A program made the position numbers and the translations under genes. A DNA stretch of 64,000 nt from NCBI RefSeq assembly GCF_009914755.1, contig NC_060935.1. One strand, written 5' to 3'. The notes under the pieces are model-generated. The model searched no databases and had not been told where the DNA came from. It worked only from the letters and a program-made list of their open reading frames with translations. The DNA is from the human T2T-CHM13v2.0 reference genome, Homo sapiens. Below are positions 55,355 to 64,000 of this stretch, one piece after another (position 1 is the stretch's first letter; each line of letters opens with the position of its first letter).

Positions 55355-57949
55355 CTGCAGAGAGATTGGCAGTGGGGAAGAGAAGAGTGTCACAAGGATG
55401 TGGTGAGGGTCCCCAGAAAGGAACAGGGAGTCAGCTCAACTCCCTCTGCTCCTTCAGCCTCACCTTCCCACTTCTTCCTTCCCCCATCCTGCTTAGCCAG
55501 CCTAGAAGCCCCTGCCATGATCTTGTTCTTGTCTGGGCAACTCCTTCTCCATCAACCTCCTCCCCATCCTACTGGGCAGCCTTTTCTCCCTCAAAAATAT
55601 CTGGCCTCCCTCTGCAAGACCATCCATCCAAATTCCTACCTTTCCCATTTCGGTATTAGCAAGTCATATTAGATTGTAAAAGCCTTGAGGGCAGCACTAA
55701 GCCCTGCAATGTTATATTCACCAAGGGGATGTGCAGGTAATAAGGAAATATGCTAGAATTCCCCTAAGAAAACCAAACCGGATTTCCTGCATTATTGCTG
55801 GACCCAGGGTGGCAATTATTTTGGACACAGTGACCATAATGCACCCAAACAAAACCTGTGACACATGCTCTAACAATTGAGTTTTGGGCTCCTTCAACAT
55901 GAAAGGCAGCCTGGGAAATGTAGTTCAGATCCTGAGCTTACAAGGACAAAGGGAGAGAATGTTTGGGACTACGATTGTCTCTGAGCACACAGAATCCTAG
56001 AGACATGGACACAGTCTCCAAGATTCTCCAAAACAGAGCATTCTTGCTGCTTTCTTCCTGCTTCTGACCCTGGCTGCAGCCTCTACAGCACCCCTCCCTG
56101 ACCCCCAGACTTGCCCCTGCTTTCAGAACCATCCCTTCCCCCACCGTGCCCACCTCCTGCCTCAGCTGGCTTCTAGGGCATTGCCAACTGCAGCCGCTGT
56201 ATGTGTCTGGCCCTACAGGCAGGCAGACCCAGCCCTAGGAATGGGACCAAGGCTTCTGCCTCTGCCTTGTCCTCCTCTGTTTGGCCTCTCCCAGGCCTCG
56301 CTTGATCCTTCCACCCCCTTATCTGCCAAGCAAAGCTGGAACATCCAGAGCCCTGCTGCCTCCCGACCTTGTCCCTCAGCAGGCACCTGGGCAGCGTGCC
56401 CTCCTCCTCTCCCTGCCATGGTTGCCAGGGTGACACTTAGGGCCCTGGCAGCCCATCCCCACCCCCTGACTGTGCACCTGCAGCCCCTCTGGCATCATCA
56501 AGAGTCTCTTAATTGACTGTGTTTCCAGTCAGCCTGGCTCTTCCCGGCCCTCCCTCGGCCTTTATTCTTTCCCCTTCTCCAAGCTGTGGCTGTGATGAGG
56601 AGAAGATGTGGTTGAGGTGGAAGAAAGAGAAGAGAGGAGAGGCACTGGTGGCTCTGTGGATCTGTGGTCCAGCCCTTCCAAAGGTTTGGGCAGAGCCCTG
56701 CCTCCAGATATGGGAGAGCACAGAGGAGAACAAGGGGAATGGACCCTGGAGGGAGGCAAGGTGGTGGAGTGGAAAGAGCGGGCTGGGGTGCACGCCACCT
56801 GTGATGTCCCAGGGAGTCAGCAGAGGTTAATGGCTAACGGCATCTAACAAGCGGGCCCTGCCTCCTCCACTGGCCCACTGTGTGATCCTGGACAAGGGTT
56901 GGTTAACCTTCTGGAGCCCCAGTTTCTTCATTTATGAAAGGAAATCACCATAAGAGCAGCGTATAAAAGGCCCAGCCCAAGGAAAGCACTTTGGCAATGT
57001 CACTTTTCATGATAGCTGCACCTCTGCGATTAACTGGCTATGTGCCCTTGGGCAAGTGACTTAACTCTCTTTGTTTTAATCTCTTCATTTGTGAAAACAC
57101 ATGTATAGACTTACTGTGAAAACTGCATCCTAACCCAATGAGGGGGAGGTGACAGGAAACATGGTCCCTTCCCCTTAGCCCAATCCTCCACGCTGTGGAG
57201 GCCAGAGCTGGGCTCCAAACCCAGGCCTCAGGGCTCCCAGCCCAGCACTTGGTGCTGCATTAGGGGTTGAGCCGTGCAAAGCACTTGCTCCTAAAAAGAG
57301 TCCATGGGGAGCCCAGGGAGAAACCCTGAGCATATCTCTGTGTTCTAAGAGCTCATGGTCTAGCCCCAAACCAACCGATGGAATGAAGGACAGCTCTCAC
57401 CCCACCTCACCCCTACACACTCCCGTTCCCAGCTACTTTAAACCTTGCTCTTATGAGAGGTGTACCTAAGGGAAAAGGACCCCAAGAAGTCAGAGAGGGT
57501 CTGTCACCACATGCTGGTTGGGAGGCCTTTCCCAGAACCACTCTCCCTGGTTGGCCCAACACAGTCCCTGGAAAAGATGGTGTGACCTAGGCCTGGCACC
57601 ATTGCAGTGGGCTGGGTCTTTAAGTTGAAAAGCTCTTCTAAGTTGAAAACCATTCCCAAAACGTCAGTGCTTTATAATGATCCGAGACCCACCTTACCAT
57701 TGATTGTGAGACACCAGTGTACCCTGGTGTCCTAGTGAAGAATGGCTGATCTTAGCTGTCCCCTTGGCCTCCCGACATAATCCAGAGAAATAAGACTTTC
57801 TTTTTTCTTAAAATAGACCACCTGAGAAACCCTACCTCCTTGCCTCCACCTACTCTTCCAAAGACCAAAATCCTTCACTGCTAAAAGTCTTTCATCGTGA
57901 ATTTTACCAAATTGCCTTTTCTCATGAGATATGTCATCCTCAGACATCC

Positions 57950-58332
57950 CCTCAGCAGTAGAATGGACAAAGAAAGTGTGGTCTAGTTGCATGATAGAAC
58001 ACTAGGCAGCAGTGAGAACAACCAACCTCCCACCACACACAGCAGCAGGGGTAAATCCCATAAGCAGAATGGTGAGCAAAAGGTCTAGACAATATACACC
58101 GTTGGACACCATTTGTATAAAGTTCATAAATAAGCAAAATGTCTACATTGTTAGAAATCAGAATAGTGGTGGCTCTTAGGGGAATAGTGTCACAAAAGAA
58201 GCTTGAGGAACGCTTCTAAGGTGCTGATGTTGTATTTCTCAATCTCAGTGTTAGTTGAAGTTTGTAAAATTTCATCAAGCTACATACTTGTAATGTGTGC
58301 ACTTTCCTTTATATATTATTTTTCAATAAAAG
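57950..58332 (+). mobile_element. L1ME-type 3' end fragment
   Basis: cagtagaatggacaaagaaagtgtggt...ccatttgtataaagttca...tgtgcactttcc...caataaaa. Confidence 0.75.
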
Positions 58333-58499
58333 GCTTCAAGGAAACCTCACTGCGGGTTTTCTATAAGTCAAGGGGGCTGAAGTGAGCACCTCATTTAAAT
58401 GAGCACCAACTCATTTAACCATCACACGTAGTGATACAGAGGTAGGTACTTGCATCCACTTTGCAGATGGGAAAACTGAGGCTTAGGAAGGTGTCTTCT

Positions 58500-58548
58500 C
58501 ACCACTGCACTCCAGTCTGGGCGACAGAGTGAGGCTCTGTCTCAAAAA
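58500..58548 (+). mobile_element. Extremely 5'-truncated Alu (~45 bp) inserted in a MIR
   Basis: caccactgcactccagtctgggcgacagagtgaggctctgtctcaaaaa; AAGGTGTCT present on both sides of Alu plus tail (putative TSD). Confidence 0.85.
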
Positions 58549-58656
58549 GCAAAAAGAAAGAGAGAGAGAGAGAGAGAAAGAAAGAAAGAAAAAAAGAAAA
58601 AAAGAAAGAAAGAAAGAGAAAGAAAGAGAGAGAGAGAGAAAGAAAGAAAGAAAGGA

Positions 58657-58720
<64 letters not shown>

Positions 58721-58737
58721 GAAAGGAGAAAGAAAGG
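58549..58737 (+). repeat. (GA)n/(GAAA)n homopurine tract, ~190 bp
   Basis: Direct reading; expanded Alu tail. Confidence 0.97.
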
Positions 58738-58905
58738 TGTCTCTTATGCCTATGGACACACAGCAAGTGGTACAACAAAGATTCAAAAGAGAACAACAAA
58801 ACTGTTCTTGAGTGAACGACTTCTTGCAAGCCCCTCCGAATATCCTCAGAATGACGGCGCAGCCTCCTCCTGTGCCACTGGGGCAGCCAGTGTCTTGTCC
58901 CTTAC

Positions 58906-59223
58906 CTGCTTTGACGCGGATGTTGGGGCTCCGGATCTTGCCGGCAGCGTTCTCCGCGGTGCAGAAGTAGTCATTGTCGTGGATAAAGCTATTGAAGGCG
59001 GAGGGGGAGAAGGGGTAGAGCTGCAGCGTCCCGTTGGCGTGGACGTGCCGGATGTGCGGCACGTCGTAGATGTCGTCCCCTGTGGCCAGGTACCATCGAA
59101 GGGCCGCGCTGGGGGAGCCCGCGGCCGGGCAGGGCACCACCACCCCCACGGAGCTGGAAAAGGTCACCTGCTGCAAGGAGTCATTTACAAAGTAGAGGCT
59201 GGTGCCAACATCTTCAGGGCGGG
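58906..59223 (-). CDS. DSCAML1: DSCAML1 coding exon 2 (first Ig-like domain), 318 nt, phase 1-1
   Basis: Translates (A)[105 protein letters not shown], recognised as the DSCAML1 N-terminus, with Ig C-W-YxC pattern. Acceptor cctctcctgcag|CC and donor CAG|gtaagg on the - strand. Confidence 0.97.
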
Positions 59224-59429
59224 CTGCAGGAGAGGCAAGGGGAGAGACTTGGTTAGCATGGGCTCTAACAATACCCATATAAGCCACGGAGGCTTGCGAC
59301 AGGCTGCACTCATTCACCTGACCTTCAAGCATCAGTCATTCAGTATGCACTTATTGAGCACTGACTATACACCAGGCACTGGCAAAGGTGAATCAGAGAC
59401 AGTTCCTGATCTATAGAAAACCACAGCCT

Positions 59430-59755
59430 TCGGGTGCGGCGGCTCATGCCTGTAATTCCAGCACTTTGGGAGGCCGAGGCGGGCGGATCACCTGAGGTCA
59501 GGAGTTCATGAACAGCCTGGCCAACATGATGAAACCCCGTTTCTACTAAAAATACAAAAATTAGCCGTGCACACGCGTCTGTAGTTTCAGCTGCTCGAGA
59601 GGATGAGGCAGGAGAATCGCTTGAACCTGGGAGTCAGAGGTTGCAGTGAGCAGAGATCATGCCACTGCACTCCAGCCTGGGCAACAGAGCAAGACTCTGT
59701 CTCGAAAAAAAAAAAAAAGAAAGAAAGAAAAAAAGAAAAGAGAAAAAAAGAAAAT
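59430..59755 (+). mobile_element. AluSx-like
   Basis: gggaggccgaggcgggcggatcacctgaggtcaggagttc; A/GAAA tail; degenerate TSD agaaaaccacag/agaaaatcccag. Confidence 0.92.
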
Positions 59756-61149
59756 CCCAGGATTTTTGGAATTTGTTCAGAATCACACAGCTAAGGTACA
59801 GAACTAAAATGTGAACCCATTGCTCCTAAAGAGGATTATAGTGCTCTTTCTATCATCCCACAGACGAAAGTTGTAAAAGGTCTCAAAACCATGCTCTGAG
59901 ATGAATGGCTACAGGAGCTGGGATGCTCGCCTGGAATGGAAGACGGAAGAGTGCAGGAGACCTTGACAGCTGATTTGGGAAATGCGTTGCCACAGAGGAC
60001 TGAATGAGGACCAGCAGAAGAGTGGGTGGATAAGATCTAGACTTAGGGCAAAAGACCCAGCTTCTAAACCCAGTCCTCACACCATGTGACTGTGCAATTC
60101 CCTTCCTCACTTGGATCGTCTGCTCCTTCACTTGGAAAATGGAGGGAGAGGATGGGCAAGACTGCAAAGACCGCTTCCATCTCTGACATGGTGCCATTCC
60201 AACCCTCAACCACATGGGAGAATGTTCTTATGATTACAGCTGGCAGTGGCAGGGCCACCTGACTCGGAGGACTGGCCATCTGTTCCTCTTATCCCAGCAT
60301 CAGGCCTAGATATTTCCTGCTCTTATCCCAGCAACCCTGAATGTTGGAATCAAGGGGTGTCCCCCTTCCTCTTGAGGAGCCTGCCCCTTTAAGAAATCCA
60401 TTGCCTAGCAAGTGGACACCAACCCAGAGGAAGAGACGGCAGGGTCCCAGGTCTCTAGCCGGAAGCCACTCTCTCTCCACCAGGAAGGTCAAGGAGCAAA
60501 CAAACCACTCTGCTGCTTGTTTAAAGAACGTTGCAGGGGACCCAACTTGACCTCAATGTCCACAACTTTATAGGATGGGGGAGGGCCCACATCCGGCCGT
60601 ATTAATATTCTTGGCTTAACTCTGAACCGAGCCTCTGGGGAGAATATACCAGGCAGCTCGTTGAGGAAGGCCATTAAGCCTCATTGGTCAGAGCAATTCA
60701 CATCGTCTCATAAAAGCCGTGATGGAGCCATTAGCAGACGTGCTGGAAAACACATTCGTGGGCTTCTTGCTGCGGTGTCAGGAGCATCCTCTTAGCAGCA
60801 AGTGCATTTGCTGTCCCCACCAGGCACTGCACTCATAGCAGCTAAAGGCACTTTCTTGGAGAGGGGAGCCACATGGCCTCGCCATTCTCCTCTTCATGCT
60901 GCCTACTCTTGTGACAGTCATAAAGTTGGTGGCCAAGCAAGTCTGCTCTGCACGGGACCCTCAGAAGCTCTGGAAGCATGCCCAACTTGCTGTGGCTGGA
61001 GTGTTCCCCAAGAACATGAAATCATGCCATTTCACCAGGCAGCAAACCGAGGCTCGGGAGGTTTCTCTTAGAATATACACTTAGCAGGTCCCACTTCCAA
61101 GACTCTTCTCACTTTCTGAAAGCCTTCCTTACTGACATCCATGCAGCAA

Positions 61150-61395
61150 ATATTTGTTAAGCATCTTCAATGTGCCAGGCACTGTTGTTAGGGACTTTAC
61201 TTATATGACTTCTTTTAATATAACACTAAGAGACAACACTAAGAGACAGGTACTATTAGTATCCCAGTGTACACATGAGGATACTAAGGCACCGAGAGAT
61301 CAATGCAACTTACCCAAGACCACAAAACCAGTAAGTGAGGGCACTGGGACTCAGACTTTGGCAATCTGGCCCTACAGTCACTGTCTTAACCATTC
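61150..61395 (-). mobile_element. MIR SINE
   Basis: aatgtgccaggcactgttgt...atgaggatactaaggcaccgagag...aacttacccaagaccaca. Confidence 0.75.
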
Positions 61396-61904
61396 TGTGA
61401 TGTATGACCACAGTGTAACCACTGCAATAATAAAGAGGGACCTTCACCTTCCTCAGACATAACCTGGCCACCAACTTCCATTTTCAGCTGGCCAAGAACA
61501 CACAGGTGCACACACACATACATGCACATACACGACACACACACTCCTTCCTGGGAGCGGTTTCTGTTGGATTCTGGGCATTTCAGACAATACTTTGCTT
61601 TTGGGAACAGGGACATTGCTCCGGGGTCCTGGGTGCCTCCTGAGAAACCTAGGTAATCAGGCACTCTCACCTTGGCAGCTTCATGGATTTGGGAGCCAAA
61701 ATCCATCACAGTACAGAAAGACTCTACATTGTGCCTGTAAATGGACTTAGGAAGCCAAGAGAATCCCCGACAAGGAGGAATTCAGGAATTGATTCATGGG
61801 AGAAGGTAAGTAAGTTCTCAAGGCTAAGTATGATGTAGCCCTCTGTAATGATAATAGTAATAGCAATAGCCAGCACTCCAGCAATAGTAATAGCCACCAC
61901 TGAC

Positions 61905-62130
61905 TTCATTGTTAACTACAGGCCAGGCTCTGTGCCAGATCCATTCTAGATACCGTATTTATATTATACAGATATTATATTTAATCTTCATAACTCCCTC
62001 GGGGGTGTTATTATTATTATTTCCATTTTACTGATAAGGAAATTATGACTCTGAGAAGTTCACTAACTTCCCCAAAGTGATACAATGTGCAAATGCCAGA
62101 GCTGGGGCTAGAACCCAGCTTTGCCTCGCC
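61905..62130 (-). mobile_element. MIR SINE
   Basis: tttaatcttcataac...ttccattttactgataaggaaatt...taacttccccaaag...ctagaacccag. Confidence 0.7.
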
Positions 62131-64000
62131 TCAGAGCTGGGGGATGCACCTCCTACTCTACTGCAGAAACCCCATGGAAGACAAATAAAACCACAGAATA
62201 TGGTTTTTCAGGCTGGGTACTTTTCCCAACCCTTCCTCCACCCCAACCGCATTCCAAACACACATTCCCACTCTCCTTCTCTCCTGGATGGAAATCCATT
62301 CCACTCTCCCTGCCTCCTGAGATGGCCACTTCCCCAGGCCCCCTCTACTCCCTCCAGGAGCAACAGCCACAATGACAGCAGCCTTCCTGCACTCCTGGGC
62401 CTCGGATCTTGCTGGAGCCAAGGACACAAGGTTCCCAGCAACTACAAATGGGTAGATTTAATTGATGAATTGACTGGGATTGTCCAGCCACCTGTCAGGG
62501 CTGATGAAAAGGCAGATTTATAGCAAAAGGCAAGAAGCCTCATAGTTCTCCCACCCTGGGATGTGAGCTTCTGTCTTCTGAGTCTGGGGGAGCAGGGGAG
62601 GATTAGACACACCATTCATTTCTGCGTATGGCTCTGACAGTGCATTGCCATCATGAAACATCACCCTCAGGTGTAAAACAATAGCATTTTGCACTTACAT
62701 TGGGTTCATATTTTACCATCACAAGGCACCTGTCAGCTCAGAATGCAGAAACCCTTAAATCACCATTAATTTAGCCTCGCCCTGCCTGCCAAGGGAGTAA
62801 GCAAATACATAAAGAGGAAACTGAGGCACAGACCAGCAAATACCTCAAATCTCTGCTATGTGCCACGCTGAAGACTGGGCACATGGGCAGCAGGTTAAGT
62901 GGCCACAGAAGCAATGGGTGTGTTCAGAACTCCAGGGACAGAAGGGGGAGTAGTAGGAGCCTGGTGTCCTAACTCTGGCCTCACAGAGTCTGGTGCTGCC
63001 TCTACAGCAGGGGTTTCCCCACCTTCTCAGACTCATTTGAATCTTCAGAGCGGTGACAAAGCCCTAGCAAGCTCCCAGAGGAGCCCCAGACCCCTGCCTT
63101 GAAGTCTGACAGAACTACCTCCCCTCTGGGTGCTCACCCCTCACCTGCTGTGTGACCTCAGGCAAGCCGCTTAGCCCTCCTGAGCCTCCTTTACAAAAGG
63201 GCAGGATGTGATTGCACCATCTTAGCTGCCTCCCAGAGCTGCCAAGATGGTGGAATGGAATGGGGCAGTTCTTGATTCCCCATGAGGATGTTATAATATG
63301 CGAGATAGGGATTGTTCACTCTCCCTGAGGGGTCGAGGGTGCCTAAGGTTACTGCAGGGATGGAAGGGCACAGCTCCACCCTGCAGCTCTGCAGAATTCC
63401 AAGCCCTCTCCAAACCCTACTTCCTCTCGGCTGACTCCTGCACCCTTCAGTGTCCTCCTTCCCCAGTCATTTCTGATCCAGGGACCAGAGAAGACATTCA
63501 TTGCCTCAGGAGATATTTACCAAGCACCAGCCACGCGCTGCACCACAGTATCCCAGGTATGGTGGGAGGCATCAAAGACAAGGAGAATGGCTCCACCTTC
63601 CAGGAGCTTGTAAAGGACAGGGGGAGCAGGAAAGGGGGTTAAACAATAGCACCAGGCCATATGTGACCCGGGGGCTGAAAGCACTGATTTAGCCAGGAGC
63701 CATGGGGAGGGAAGGGGAAAGTTATTCAGCAGCCAGAGAAAAAGCGTTGGGAAGAGGTAGGAGCTGAGCTGAGCTGGAAGACCTGGATAGGTGGGGTGAC
63801 AAGGGGGGGCACTCCCAGAGAAGACAGCCCAACAACAGTGGGTGAGGCATGCATGTTGGGGGATGCTGTGGAAACCTTGCAGGCTGGAGCACTGGGTGGG
63901 TTTGGGGAGAAGAGCTGAAACCAGCTGGATTGAGGAGTTTGGGCCTCAGCGGTGGAAGACAGTTGGGGGTCGAAGGCAGTGGGGGATATGTGGAGGTTTG

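Larger units (their letters stand above)
55355..58905 (-). other. DSCAML1: DSCAML1 intron 2 (3551 nt)
   Basis: GT at 58905-58904 and AG at 55356-55355 join exons 2 and 3 in frame. Confidence 0.93.
59224..64000 (-). other. DSCAML1: 3' portion of DSCAML1 intron 1
   Basis: Ends at the exon 2 acceptor. The signal-peptide exon was not seen in the window. Confidence 0.8.

Noticed and set aside
58499-59332. 277-aa ORF on the - strand as a standalone protein
   Set aside because: It is exon 2 read through both splice sites into intron, (TTTC)n and Alu sequence; only 58906-59223 is coding.
58529-59416. 295-aa ORF on the + strand (K/E/R-rich)
   Set aside because: A stop-free purine repeat joined to the antisense shadow of a GC-rich exon; no domain recognised.

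Overview
Primate genomic DNA, most likely human 11q23.3 (AluY/AluS/AluJ, MIR, L2 and MLT1 repeats; CpG-depleted). The window lies inside DSCAML1, a neuronal Ig-superfamily adhesion gene, transcribed on the - strand. Only two coding exons are present: exon 2 (58906-59223, 318 nt, first Ig domain) and exon 3 (55208-55354, 147 nt; its true frame is missed by the ORF track). Both have canonical AG/GT boundaries and phase 1. Bases 1-55207 are the start of the very long intron 3, and 59224-64000 are intron 1. The other ORFs are chance or repeat-derived, and I see no new protein-coding system. The best leads are non-coding: (i) a 197-bp, 99%-identical inverted repeat built partly from ancient MER5-like DNA (41776-42400); (ii) a perfect 40-bp hairpin carrying two CRE/C-MARE sites (16986-17025); (iii) an 86-bp minisatellite giving about 10 RBFOX UGCAUG motifs on the pre-mRNA (12247-12748); (iv) a candidate recursive-splice AG|GT site (32572/32571); (v) a candidate Alu-derived frameshifting micro-exon behind a ~190-nt pyrimidine tract just after exon 2. 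Repeat subfamily names and edges are by-eye estimates; all functional claims are inference.
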